Positions 39,548 to 53,498 are shown, numbered from the stretch's first letter. The stretch is 64,000 nt of DNA from Octopus vulgaris (GCA_951406725.2 OX597819.1:9486001-9550000), one strand, 5' to 3'. Numbers and translations: made by a program. The notes: generated from the letters alone by a model not told the origin.

Positions 39548-41650
39548 TCGTCGTATATAGGAAATGAAAAGAGGTTCACCTACCTTCCTCTCTCGTCTGC
39601 ACCTGTCTAGTAGTAGTCACTCCAGCGATCCTGCCCTACCCTGTCACCCAGTATAAGCAATTGCTGTCTGACCAACCCGGGAGCGAATTCCCTGACGTCC
39701 GTTCACATGCCTCGGCCGGCGAAAAGAGGCCGACATTATCCTGTCGCCTCCGCACTTCTCTTCTTACGCTTCCTCTTCTAGTCAGTCCCTTGACCACTGA
39801 TGTCATGGCCCTCACACCCCCTGCTCATCCCCACACACCCCTGATCTCAAAGATCACCTCACTTCACTCCATGTCGAAATTTACCACCCACCTGGGTGGG
39901 CCCCTTGCAAGTTGTGATCTTCTGAAACTAGGAAGGTCTTTCTCTTTCTCTTTTCTACAATCATCATCCGATGAAGCGAAAATCCTACGAACATCCAAGA
40001 CATGACGCAACATTCCATCCACACAAATGTTGATTTTGGAATTCACAGCCGTCACTATCCTTCTGTCCCACTGAGTTGTGCAGCGTGCCTTTGGTGGCTT
40101 CACACAGACTTCATCTCCAACCTCCACAAAGTCGGGCCCTCTCCCTCAATTCTCTCCAAACGGCCATCCGGCCCGGCCCATAATCTACCATCGAGAGATA
40201 CGTCCCCTGCCGGTAATGTATTACATCCACTGCAAGTCGTCTCCAGTTGTGCTCTACCGAAGTGTTTCCCTACTCATGCACACCCGGAGCAGGGTCGATG
40301 GATTGACATATGTCGCAGTTCCCAACCACCTTTTGGATGCTCCGTCTGTTAACGTCGGCGTCAATCCTCCTGACGAGATACAGGGTCCTATCCATGCCAA
40401 TATGATGCGCAACGACTTCACCAACGCTTCTACTCGTTCGCGGTTTGAAAGGCAACAACTTCCCCGAGGTCTTTTCCCTGGCTACAGTCTGTTTGCACCA
40501 GTAGCAAACCTATTTCTTTACTACCCACAAGGGGCTAAACACAGAGGGGACAAACAAGGACAGACAAACGGATTAAGTCGATTACATCGACCCCAATGTG
40601 TAACTGGTACTTAATTTATCGACCCCGAAAGGATGAAAGGCGAAGTTGACCTCGGCGGAATTTGAACTCAGAACGTAAAGACAGACGAAATACCGCTAAG
40701 CACTTCGCCCGGCGTGCTAACGTTTCTGCCAGCTCGCCGCCGTAGCAAACCGGTCCGGGCTCCGCGCAGTCCATCGACATGTGCAGTCCTTGGCACTTAA
40801 AGCACCGACATGTTAACGGCCGCTGTCGTTCCACAGCCTCTTTTCGTCTTTCACTGTTTTGTGTCAACTAGCATGCTTGAACAATGAGCTCGCTCATCAC
40901 CATTTTGTTGCCGCCTGGCAACTGTTGTAGTCGCACCGACACGTCGTCGGGAAAGTCATTCACAAAGACCAGTCGCGCTGCTTTCTCAAGTCCATCACCG
41001 GTGAGACCAGACAACACAACCAGTCACCTCTGCTGCATATTCGTCGACCTGTTCTTCTCTCCATCTGATTGCTCCCAGCTTAGCAAAAGCGGCGTACTCT
41101 CCATCTGTTTAAGCCTCTCTCAAGCCCTGCTCGATCTTCGCCACGCTCAGTTGTTCTTCTTCATCCATTTCGAGATAGAGTACCAGCGCACTCCCCTCCA
41201 AATATAGGGCCATGAGGCTCGCTACATCTTCGACGCCTTGTAGCCTGGCCTCAACTTTGACCTTTTGAATCCAGGCTACTACGTCACCTTCGCTGTAGAG
41301 AGGTCTGATGACATCACTGCCGATCCTTATATTCGCTGCCATTATATATCAAGGGGACAACGACCTCTGTATACAATTGCTGAAATAGTTTGTCGTTCGT
41401 GGAAAATGAAAAGAGGTTCACCTACCTTCCTCTCTCGTCTGTACCTGTCTAGTAGTAGTCACTCCAGCAATGCTACCCTACACTGGCACCCAGTATAAGC
41501 AACTGCTGTCTGACCAACCCAGGAGCGAATTCCGTGACGTCCGTTTCACGATGCCGCGGCCAGCCTGTCCTGTCTCACCCGCACTTCCTTTCTCATGCTT
41601 CCTCTTCTGGTCAGCCCCTTGACCATTGACGTCTTCTTCCGGCTCATCGG
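39548..41650 (-). mobile_element. Gypsy-type LTR retrotransposon, internally deleted
   Basis: Diverged LTRs about 39548-39836 and 41392-41650; gag with CFKCQGLHMSMDC knuckle; integrase HH..CDIC and EVGDEVCVK module; no RT/RNase H visible. Confidence 0.8.
40511..40741 (-). mobile_element. SINE family B inserted in Gypsy gag
   Basis: TSD GTAGCAAACC at 40501-40510 and 40742-40751. Confidence 0.9.
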
Positions 41651-41689
41651 AAGTAAATACACATACGAACGGAAATACACATACGACTA

Positions 41690-42665
41690 TGTAAATACAC
41701 ATACGAACGGAAAACAGACACAGAAGGTCCCCGATTCGTCATCAATTATCGACCAGTGGGCCTAACGCAATTTCGTGCCTTTAACGATAATATTGATTCC
41801 CAGCTGGAGGTAGCAGCAAGAGATGCAGAGAATATGGGACCGAGAACAGACAAACCATATATGGATAACAACCAATACAGAAGTGGTCATACGAAAATGA
41901 ATGAATGTAATTCAAGACGTGACCGTTAGTGGACAGACAAGAGACAAAACGAAATAAATAAATAAAAAAACAAACAAACAGAATGTAGCTTTAAGGTTAG
42001 ATGAAGCCGGAGTCTGTGTAACGCTTAGAGGAAAATCCTAAAGAATTGGAAACAGAAGAGCAACATCAAAACAGGTTGAAATGGAGGCGAGAACTTACGA
42101 CCTTCAAAGAGAGAGAGAGAGAGAAAGATAAATGGTTGACCATGAGTCACGTGTCAGTAATGGGCAGAGAGATATACACGGGGAAGAGGAGAAAGAAAGC
42201 GAGAGCGAGAAGAGAAAGAGAGAGAACGGAAGAGACGGAGAGAGAATAAAGGAGAAAGGAAAAGACTAGAGATAGAAGTCGCACGAATATATAAATGACT
42301 TCTGATTCTAATTCTTTAGGATTTCCCTCCAAGCGTTACACATATTTCGGCTTCATCTACCATTAAGGCTACATTAAACATGCTTTTTTCTTTTTATTGA
42401 TTTCGTTTTGTTCCTCGTCCGTCCACAAACGGTCTCGTCTTGAATAACATTGTTTCAATTTCGTATGTCTCCTTCTGTATCGCTTGTTATCCATGTATTG
42501 TTTGTCTGTTCTCGATCCCATATTCCCTGCAGCTCTTGCAACTGCCACCAGCGTGAATCAATTTTATCGTTAAAGGCACGAAATTGCGTTAGACCAACTG
42601 TTTGATAACTGATGACGAATTGGAGACCTTCTGTGCTTGTTCTCCGTTCGTCTGAGCATTTACTA
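41690..42665. repeat. Unclassified long inverted repeat, about 360-bp diverged arms
   Basis: 41690-42060 is reverse-complementary to 42295-42665; purine-rich spacer. Confidence 0.75.
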
Positions 42666-42868
42666 TATGTTTTATAAATTGTCATTCTGAGTCACTTTTT
42701 CGTTTGTGCCTTTACTATACATTTTTTAACTTACTGATTAACGGAACGCAAAGAACCCTTAATTTTATTCACAGTATATATATATGAGTGTGTGTGTATG
42801 TCTGTGTGTGTATGCATGTGTGTATATATGTACATATATAAATATATACAAATATATATAGATACACT

Positions 42869-43025
42869 TTATTATAAAGTAGCAAAAATATCACAAAAAG
42901 CTGTTACTCAGAGTTTAACGTTCCCGATCGTCGGACAGTTTTGTTTCTAAACAAAACTGTCCGACGAACGGGAACGTTAAACTCTGAGTAACAGTTTTTG
43001 TGATATTTTTTCTGCTTTTTAATAA
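42869..43025. repeat. About 75-bp-arm palindrome, pLTR-like
   Basis: Arms reverse-complementary around about 42948; contains CCGACGAACGGGAACGTTAAAC. Confidence 0.85.
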
Positions 43026-43089
43026 AGCATATTACTCTACCTTTTGTATTCGAATACTTTTCTTTCCACCTTGTTTAGCATTTATATGA

Positions 43090-43146
<57 letters not shown>

Positions 43147-43666
43147 CATACTTACACACACACACACATATTCACGCATACATATCTGTGTATGTGTTTT
43201 CAAGTAATTATCAATGACTGTTTGATCTAAGGGTGTTACTTCTCTGTTACAAAACTCTCATATAAATCATCTGGGGAATTTGTAGTCCTACAATGATGTA
43301 TTGTTGTCTGGAAATATTTAGCTTTACCTGAACTAAATAAATTATGCATAAAAGATACGAATTCCTTAAATGAATTCGCTGTGTAAAGAAATACAATTTA
43401 AAAGTCAAATTGTTGCCAAATTCGAACAAAGGATTTACTATACTATATCTATGCGATAGTGGACCAAATATTTGGCAAGCTTGAGACCAGAAGTGACCCG
43501 GATTTCTGGATTTTCCGGTCTTCTGGAGAGAGCCTAAATATATAAGCAATGAAAAATAAAGAACCAAATTCTATTTAATAGATTCAAATAAATAAGCTTC
43601 TAAACTATGGTCTGTTTGACATTTATTTATCCACTTAAAATACTTAAGATTTATCATACTGCACCA

Positions 43667-44200
43667 TGATGTCTTGCAAACAACTTGCACATGCAAGTGC
43701 TACAAGTTAAAAGCTCCGTATACCGGAAGCTAGCAAGTGTATGGGGTCATCAGGAGAGAATGCGCGCCGTTTTGGGGCCTACCTCTCGACGGCATCAATG
43801 CGCACCGGCCCCCCTCACTGATATGAGGCCCCGCTTGCTAGATCAGCTGGTTATGAAGAACTCAATATACTTCTAGCCATCTCTCATCGTCTCTTTTTAA
43901 CCAAATCCAGTGGCTAGCCTTCTCCACTGTAGATTGGATATCAGTCATGGTGGTATTGACTTTACGATGAGTTAGGCCTAGCGATAACAACAGTCGTTTC
44001 ACACTGTGTCCAATAAACCCTCTACATCCGACTTCGATAGGAAAATGTTCCGCTTTCCAGCCTGCGTCTTCACATTCCTCGAGGAGGTTTTCATAACGGT
44101 TCAATTTTAGAGCCCGAGCGGCGTCCATATTATCTTTATGAGGAACCGTTAGCTCGACTATATTTACAACTTTCTTTCTTTCACATCACATCAAAATATC
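43667..44200 (-). mobile_element. Hero-like non-LTR retrotransposon 3' fragment (restriction-like endonuclease)
   Basis: IVELTVPH..K..RY..L..C..AGW..PIEVGCRGF..ASHWIW. Confidence 0.8.
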
Positions 44201-44985
44201 TGTACACTGGTTATAGAATGAAAATTAAACGCAAAAAGTTAAATAACATGATTTTATTTAACAGATATCGGTACAAATTATTAGTACACTTGTCAAACAG
44301 AATATGTTTGATCTTTATCAATTCAAATCAAAAAGAGTAAACAAAGCTATTTTTAACGCACTGAATGTGAATTAACCAATTTCAAAAACAGTCTGTTAAG
44401 CTAATACAGGATACAATATGTTGAACGATAATGTACTGTATTCACGGATTTCTTGGAGCCGGCTAAAAGGTCCCGTGCTGTATTATGGAAGCACTCCGTC
44501 GGTTACGACGATGAGGGTTCCGGTTGATCACTCTTTCAATCTCTATGTCACTCTCTTCCTCTGCACTCTCTCTCCCCTCTCTCTGTTTTCTTTATTGCGC
44601 TGTGAGGAGGACGTGAATGATGTGAGTATTCGAATAGATAAATATTACTCAATCTTTTGAGATATTGGTAAACAGATGTATTCGTATGATGCTACTCTGA
44701 GTTCTCCCTTTTGTGCGGTATGTGTATAAATAAATATATATGTACATGATGATTGCTTCATGTTGTCCGATGATATCCGTCTCACATTCAGCTTTATTGA
44801 TCTGATTTGCTGCCATCCTTGGCTGTGCGACGATACGACTTTTCAGAAACGTCAAACATTTGTACGCCATTGGATTTAAGCAACAAAAGTTGGTCCAATA
44901 CTTTTGTCACTCTCTCGGTCGCCATAGTAAGTGCCAGAAACAAGCATTGCGACGTGACTATTTTGGCTGCAAGTTTTATGCTAGA

Positions 44986-45380
44986 CTAGCAGTATCGCCC
45001 GGCGTTGCTCGGGTTTGTAAGGGAAATAACTATATAAGCATTTTTAGAGATGTAAAGTATAATAGCCATCTCAATATGGCTAACCACAAAGGGGGGGGTT
45101 ACTGTAGCTTTTTACGTTCTGAGATTTAATAATAAATTTTTAGAGAGTTACTTCCCTTATATATGCCAAAAATGCATTAAAAATGGGAAAAATTGATGGT
45201 AATCTTTTTTTTTAATCGTAGACTCATCGTAGACGCGCGCTAATACCCAGAAGGGCTCGATATGAATCACGACTATAAGATACCCGGTTTTGGTTAAACT
45301 GCACCGCAAAATGTGGGAGTAGTTAGGAATCTAAATCGTAGGAGACAGACAGCACACAACCTCTCTTTTATATATAAAGA
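44986..45380 (-). mobile_element. Non-autonomous Helitron family D
   Basis: Reverse-complement copy with TC/CTAG ends. Confidence 0.85.
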
Positions 45381-45651
45381 TTATCTAGAAGAGCTGACTT
45401 CCACACAGTTTTGTCAAAAATAGCGAGGGCTTCGTCGGCTCTTAGGAAATCTATCTAACACATAGATGGGACCCTGGCAGCTACGACTGTTCTGGGTCAG
45501 AACGGACCTGGGAGTAATTGTAATTAAGAGGTGACTCCACGGTCTCCACAACTCCAGAACTCCTGAAATGGAACCTCACCACCGAATGCAGTTTAACGTC
45601 AAACCCAGGACAAATATGTATGCATACTATACATTAATGTGTGTGTGTGTC

Positions 45652-45699
<48 letters not shown>

Positions 45700-46061
45700 T
45701 GTGTAAGATGAGGCTAATAATTCCCATGTGACTTGTAGGTTTTAATGTCTCAGATTACTCAGCAGTATTTCACCATAGTACGTTACAACTGTTGGTTTTA
45801 GTTGAAAGTATTTAAAAAATGTTATACAGGATGGATGATACGCGTGTTTTTAGACGCTTATGTGTCCTACAGTTACATACAAATAATCGAGTTTATGGAC
45901 GTGTCTATTTAGTGAAAAGGATGATGCTCCAGCCATCAAGTAGTCGTTGCAGTCTCTTACCACTGGCACCTTACTGTCTTGATAGTTCTTTAACAAAAAT
46001 GAGCTTGAGCTAAGGGAAATATCCCAGAGTGACCATGTACTACAACATAGACAAGTTTTTT

Positions 46062-46398
46062 GGAAGCACTCCGTCGGTTACGACGACGAGGGTTCCGGTT
46101 GATCCGAATCAACAGAACAGCCTGCTCGTGAAATTAACGTGTAAGTGGCTGAGCACTCCACAGACACGTGCACCCTTAACGTAGTTCTCGGGGAGATTCA
46201 GCGTGACACAAAGTGTGACAAGGCTGGCCCTTTGAAATACAGGTACAACAGAAACAGGAAGAAAGAGTGAGAGAAAGTTGTGGTGAAAGAGTACAGCAGG
46301 GTTCACTACTGTAGGTGTTTTCGCTCAATAAACACACACAATGCCCGGTCTGGGAATCGAAACCGCGATCCTACGACCGCGAGTCCGCTGCCCTAACC
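46062..46398 (-). mobile_element. SINE family C with internal deletion
   Basis: TSD ACATAGACA. Confidence 0.9.
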
Positions 46399-47195
46399 AC
46401 TGGGCCATTGCGCCTCCAAGACATAGACACGTATATCAAATAACGTACAACATGAATTTTTGTTCTGTTCAAATTTATTCCGCCTCTAGAAGATATATCA
46501 TTGTTACCAAGGGGCAATTAAGACAAGCTCCACTTGAGAATTCTCCAAAGATGCGATGCTATTGTTTGGAGATAAGGAGACACGTGTTTCTAGCTCAATG
46601 GCCGTCATCGCGTCAATTGTCCGAATTTGTCTCCAGTAGCCGAGAGACTTAAACTTATGCAAAAAAGAAAAAAACAGAATCCTTTAGTTTTGTGGTTATC
46701 TCCCCTTATCAAGTAACCCTCGACTGAGCTGCTATTTGGTAATTTTGATACATCCTAGAGGCTCAGATAATTTTAATAACTCAAGAATTTATGTTGTATA
46801 GTTCTTTAACAACCAGCTATATAGGCAGTGAAATGATTCTGTTACTTGGCTATTGAAACTGAGACAGTTCATTTCATATAATGGCAAAACACTGTCAATT
46901 ATCTACCATAATATTCAACAAAGTTTTCTGGCTTGTGTCGAGTAAACACTAGAGACGACACTGAGGCGTTGATTGTTTTACAGGAGTTAAAATAGTGTAA
47001 ACTATAATTTTATTTGTATTACATTCCCTGTTTTCGGTGTATATAAATGTCATACAGTCATATGTCAGAAATGTTAGTATAAAATACAGATGCTTTCTTT
47101 AATTTTTAAACTCGGTCTTGTTGAAGATTATTCGTATGACTGCATCATGATTATTTACATCGATCACAAGTCGTGTCTATACTATGGTACAATAT

Positions 47196-47780
47196 AGAAA
47201 TGTTAGCATGTCGGGCGAAATGCGTAGCCGTATTTCGTCTGCCGTTACGTTCTGAGTTGAAATTCCGCCCAGGTCGACTTTACCTTTCATCCTTTCGGGG
47301 TCGATAAATTAAGTACCAGTTACGCACTGGGGTCGATGTAATCGACTTAATCCGTTTGTCTGTCCTTGTTTGTCCCCTCTGTGTTTAGCCCCTTGTGGGT
47401 AGTAAAGAAATAGGTATTTCGTCTGCCGTTATGTTCTGAGTTCAAATTCCGCTGAGGTCGACTTTACCTTTCATCCTTTCGGGGTCGATAAATTAAGTAC
47501 CAGTTACGCACTGGGGTCGATGTAATCGACTTAATCCGTTTGTCTGTCCTTGTTTGTCCCCTCTATGTTTAGCCCCTTGTGGGTAGTAAAGAAATAGGTA
47601 TTTCGTCTGCCGTTACGTTCTGAGTTCAAATTCCGCCGAGGTCGACTTTACCTTTTATCCTTTCGGGGTCGATAAATTAAATACCAGTTACGCACTGGGG
47701 TTGATGTAATCGACTTAATCCGTTTGTCTGTCCTTGTTTGTCCCCTCTATGTTTAGCCCCTTGTGGGTAGTAAAGAAATA
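47196..47780 (+). mobile_element. SINE family B head-to-tail trimer
   Basis: Three units of about 183 bp; single TSD TATACTATGGTACA at 47178-47191 and 47781-47794. Confidence 0.9.
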
Positions 47781-48570
47781 TATACTATGGTACAGTAACT
47801 TATTTGATTACACCTGTAGTTCCATGCTATTTGTGTATTAGAAATATCACTTACTGAATAAAAACATGTTACAGAAACATAATTCACACTTAATATATTA
47901 AATTCACAAATCAGGCAGTGAGCTAGTAAAATGCTTGGAAGCTTCTCTTCCGGTTCTTTACGTTCTAAGTTTAAATGCCACCAAGGTGGACTTTACCTTT
48001 CATCCTTTTTGGATCAATAAAATAAGTACCAGTTTAGCGCTGGGATTGAGGTAATTGACTTACCCCCTCATCGAAATTGCTGACCTTCTCCCAAAATTTG
48101 AAACCAACATAATATTTTCAATCTTTTAAATAGTTTAAATTCAAAATAAGAATAAAGATTTAAATCTTAGTATATTTCAATAAAATTATTACTACATTCA
48201 TCATATATTAAAACCCTTCAAATGTACATGTGACATCATGTGACATCAGCAGTTTTTGAAGTACATTCTAAGATGGAGTTAACAGCGAATCATGGGAAAG
48301 ACTAGCTTTCGAATCATTTGAAAAAATTTCGACTTTTCATCTTTCAAAGCCAGTCAACAGGCCTCTTTCATCATACATTATCAATCCATCGATTTTTTTT
48401 CCCCTTAGCTTTCGTAGACGAGAACAAAAAGAACTGAGGACTTGATTTTATGTATCATTTTCCTTTTGAAAATTATTATTAGGTGAAATTTGTTTCCATC
48501 TTCTATGCTTGAAACTCCTTGCTGCTTAATAGAAAGTTCTATTCCTAATAGCTTATTATGATGCATAGTA

Positions 48571-48954
48571 GTGGAGGCGCAATGGGCCAGTGGTTAGGGC
48601 AGCGGACTCGCGGTCGTAGGATCGCGGTTTCGATTCCCAGACCGGGCGTTGTGAGTGTTTATTGAGCGAAAACACCTAAAGCTCCACGAGGCTCCGGCAG
48701 GGGATGGTGGTGATCCCTGCTGTACTCTTTCACCACAACTTTCTCTCACTCTTACTTCCTGTTTCTGTTGTACCTGTATTTCAAAGGGCCGGCCTTGTCA
48801 CTCTCTGTGTCATGCTGAATATCCCCGAGAACTACGTTAAGGGTACACGTGTGTGTGGAGTGCTCAGCCACTTACACGTTAATTTCACGAGCAGGCTGTT
48901 CCGTTGATTCGGATCAACCGGAACCCTCATCGTCGTAACCGACGGAGTGCTTCC
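48571..48954 (+). mobile_element. SINE family C
   Basis: TSD TATTATGATGCAT. Confidence 0.9.
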
Positions 48955-49817
48955 TGTCTCTCTATTATGATGCATCACCATCACTTCCATCAGATTTACT
49001 TTTTAGAGGCATGGTCGCAAGGGTAAACCCAAGAAAGAAACTTAAATGATGGAAATCAATAATTTTAACGTGAAAATCTACTGACAAATTCTGTGCAGTT
49101 TTCTGATACTGTATTAAATCCTTTTATAATAGAACGACTATACTATGAAGTTAGGATTAGAGTTAAGACAAGCTTCAGCTCACTTACATGCGAAAATGCA
49201 AGCCTTGTTTCTTGATACGGCGTCTCTTTTTCGGCACCACTCATGGAACATGTCTGCTACATGCATCCTTAGATCGGTCAGAGTATATTGTTTACTCCCA
49301 TTACATATTCTGTCACGTGTATACTCCTTAGTAAATTTACTTTTAGTATCCAAGTTTACTTCTCTGATATACCGTATTATTTTCTTGCAGTGCAGTTTGC
49401 AGGTCTTACATACTACCGGTTTCAGTAAATAACTAGCTTCATTTTCCCTCGTTTATTAACTCGAGCCCTGATGGAGTTTGACTCTAGTTGGAGATTATTA
49501 TTTCACCCAAACATAGTGCAATAGAGAGACTAACAATTTGAGCCTTTCCAAGAAACCTTGTCTTTGAAATGTTTAAATATATTAACTACAAGATTGTCCT
49601 CAGGGATACAAACTGGTCACTAGGAGTTATGTCAATAATCTGAGTACAAATTACCGATATATTTGATTACATTCTTGTAAGCCACCTTTGTCATAAAAGC
49701 CCGCGACTGGCTAAGCAACCTGACAAAGCTGTGCGCGAAGGCAGAGTAAACAGAACGCGCCATAGAACCCGGCTATTGTTTACAGTTCATCAGTTGTTGA
49801 AAATGGTCGCCGGTATA

Positions 49818-50213
49818 TCTTTATATATAAAAGTGAAGTTGTGTGTCTGTCTCCTATGATTTAGATTCCTAACTACTCCCACATTTTGCGGTGCAGTTTA
49901 ACCAAAACCGGGTATCTTATAGTCGTGATTCATATCGAGCCCTTCCGGGTATTAGCGTGCGCCTACGATGAGTCTACGATTTAAAAATAATTTAACATTA
50001 TTTTTTTCCATTTTAATGCATTTTTTCGCCATTACATAAGGGAAGTAACTCTCTAAAAATGTCTACGATGAGTCAACGATTTTTAAAAAAATTACCATCA
50101 TTTTTTTTCCATTTATAATGCATTTTTTGGCTATTTTTTGGCTATAACTCTCTAAAAATGCTTATATAGTTATTTCCCTTACAAACCCGAGCAACGCCGG
50201 GCGATACTGCTAG
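49818..50213 (+). mobile_element. Non-autonomous Helitron family D
   Basis: A|TC ... CTAG|T. Confidence 0.85.
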
Positions 50214-50496
50214 TATCAGCTACATTTGTTGTGGTTTAGTTTCAGTTAGGGTTGACAGGTTTATAAATTACTTTTATTGTTATTGTGTCCGGGCAGAATC
50301 CTTAGATCGTCGGAAAATTTGCTTTGCAATATTTATTCTGGATCTTTAAATTCTGATTTCAAACGCTATCGAGGTTAACGCTGCCTTTCATCCTATAGGA
50401 GCCGATTAAATAAAGTACCAATCAAATACTGGGATCAGAAACATTGACTAAATCCTGCATCTCCAACATGGTGGCCGGTGCCTAAATTAAAGACAA

Positions 50497-50900
50497 CAGG
50501 AGTGGCTGTGTGGTAAGTAGCTTGCTAACCAGCCACATGGTTCCGGGTTCAGTCCCACTGCGTGGTACCTTGGGCAAGTGTCTTCTGCTATAGCCCCGAT
50601 CCGACCAATGCCTTGTGAGTGGATTTGGTAGACGGAAACTGAAAGAAGCCTGTCGTATATATGTATATATATATGTATGTGTTTGTGTGTCTGTGTTTGT
50701 CCCCCTAGCATTGCTTGACAACCGATGCTGGTGTGTTTACGTCCCCGTCACTTAGCGGTTCGGCAAAAGAGACCGATAGAATAAGTACTGGGCTCACAAA
50801 GAATAAGTCCCGGGGTCGATTTGCTCGACTAAAGGCGGTGCTCCAGCATGGCCGCAGTCAAATGACTGAAACAAGTAAAAGAGTAAAAGAGTAAAAGAGT
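50497..50900 (+). mobile_element. SINE family A
   Basis: Full-length copy. Confidence 0.9.
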
Positions 50901-51268
50901 ATTCCAACATAATGTTATTATTGATCCAACATTCCAAACACATAGATAGTTCTCAGTCGAAACTATTGAGCGATAGGACCTTAGGTAATATTTGAAGTTT
51001 TGATGCTGTTCACTATCTCAATCGGTGGCAATTTAGACAAGGAGAATTAAGGTGTTAAAGACTACACCTGTTTTGGGGCGATATTAAAAAAAAGATTATT
51101 ATTATATTTGGTCTCAAACGTTGATATACGTAATATTCATCTCTTCGTATTTTTATGCACTGCTCTGTATATAATTTATGTGTTGTATGTGTGTCGCCAT
51201 GTTGATTCGCTAGCTTCTGCACGCATTTTTTTCTCTCCTTGTTTCTCTCCGTGTTTCTTTTCTGTGTA

Positions 51269-51306
51269 TCTTTCTGTTGAAGAGCGTAGGCTCGAAACGT
51301 AAAAGA
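51269..51306 (+). ncRNA. Minimal hammerhead, A6U core variant, in pLTR-like element (about 51190-51405)
   Basis: UCUUU-CUGUUGA-A-GAGC GUAG GCUC-GAAA-CG-UA-AAAGA. Confidence 0.55.
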
Positions 51307-51403
51307 CTTGTTTTATTTATATTCCTGAGCGCCATACTAATACAATTGTTTGTTTGTACTCCACCTGCCTTCGTCTTTTGTTTATTTTCATAAAGCTTCC
51401 CGT

Positions 51404-51474
<71 letters not shown>

Positions 51475-51507
51475 CTATCTATACATACATGTATATTTAT
51501 ATATATG

Positions 51508-51556
<49 letters not shown>

Positions 51557-52101
51557 GTATACGTACATGGCGGCACACACACGAATAAATGTATATATAT
51601 TGCTGTATGTGTATATAAGCTAGAGATTATTCAGGAAGTAAAGACAGGATGTAAACAACAAATGTGTGCTATAACCAACCTTCCATAAAAACAACTTGAA
51701 CCCCACCCACCGAAACCCTACACAGCAGGAGATGAAAATAGCGAGCTAACATACACGTGGTTGACCCTTAACAAGTTAGTTTTACAACTCAAGTATCCAT
51801 AACCAAGGACTCTCCTTCACCGCATTGTCAAACCTTTTAGGAGTTTTTCTGTTATTTATACAAGGTGCAGGTATGCATGTATGTATTTGTGTGTGTATGT
51901 ATGTATGTATATATGTATGTATGTATGTATATATGTATGTATGAATGTATGTATGTATGTATGTATGTATGTATGTATGTATGTATGTATGTATGTATGT
52001 ATGTATGTATATATATATGTATGTACGAATGTATGTATGTATGTATTTGTGTGTGTATGTATATTGTGTTTGTATGTATGTTGTGTGTGTGAGTGTGTGT
52101 G

Positions 52102-52136
<35 letters not shown>

Positions 52137-52237
52137 GTATACATACTTATACACGCATATAAACAAACAGAAAACACACAAATATATATACATTTATATA
52201 TATGCAGATGTATGTGTGTGTGCTTGCGTGCTTGCAT

Positions 52238-52282
<45 letters not shown>

Positions 52283-52839
52283 GCTTATATTTCGTAATTT
52301 CTTTTTTTTTGTCAAAACGTTATATCGAAAAAAAAACAACGCCTTGTCATAATGGAAAGTGCTTTGCAGAGCAGTTTTAATAGTATTTTAATATTGGGAG
52401 AAGACTTACATCAAAGACAGGCAACACTTGTAATTACTTTGTGATCGTTTTTAAAGAGACACTTTACAAACAAATTCGTTGTTTATCTTCTTTAATTTTG
52501 TTTTTCTCTGTTTATTTTCCTTTCCCCTCCACTTTACCTTGTTTGCTAACTCTTATTATTATAAGTTTCTCAAACCCTTCGTGTTTATTCTATTTTATTT
52601 TTGTATTTAGAGTTAAAATTAAAATCTCTGGATAAACATTTTTTGTTCTTTTGCCGGTGGTATGTGGGCTCTGACAGTTGGTAGAAGTGTGTCGTAGGAT
52701 AACATAAGGACAACATATTTCAGTTTATACCAAAAAAAAAAACAGGGTGTCTATGAGAATGTGATCTTTCGATTTAGGAACATAAAATAGCTGACTGCTA
52801 AGTAATATAAGTCGAGGGAAAGCAAAATATGTATATCGC

Positions 52840-52911
<72 letters not shown>

Positions 52912-52949
52912 GCACTCACACACAGCACGCGCGCGCGTATATTGTTTAT

Positions 52950-53498
52950 ATGTATGTATGTATGTATGCATGTAAGTATGTATGTATGTATGTATGTATG
53001 TATGTATGTATGTATGCATGTATGCATGTATGTATGTATGTATGTATGTATGTATGCATGTAAGTATGTATGTATGTATGTATGTATGCATGTATGTATG
53101 TATGTATGTATGTATGTATGTATGTATGCATGTATGTATGTATGTATGTATGTATGTATGTATGTATGTATGTATGTATGTATGTATGTATGTATGTATG
53201 TATGTATGTATGTATGTATGTATGTATGTATGTATGTATGTATGTATGTATGTATGTATGTATGTATGTATGTATGTATGTATGTATGTATGTATGTATG
53301 TATGTATGTATGTATGTATGTATGTATGTATGTATGTATGTATGTATGTATGTATGTATGTATGTATGTATGTATGTATGTATGTATGTATGTATGTATG
53401 TATGTATGTATGTATGTATGTATGTATGTATGTATGTATGTATGTATGTATGTATGTATGTATGTATGTATGTATGTATGTATGTATGTATGTATGTG

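Noticed and set aside
47196-47780. CRISPR-like array
   Set aside because: Contiguous SINE units, no spacers, eukaryotic context.
48571-48650. tRNA gene calls for SINE heads
   Set aside because: Imperfect cloverleaf and always fused to a SINE body.
50860-50880. SINE A tail hairpin plus GAAACAAGTA resembling half a hammerhead
   Set aside because: No CUGANGA strand; better explained as a LINE recognition stem-loop.
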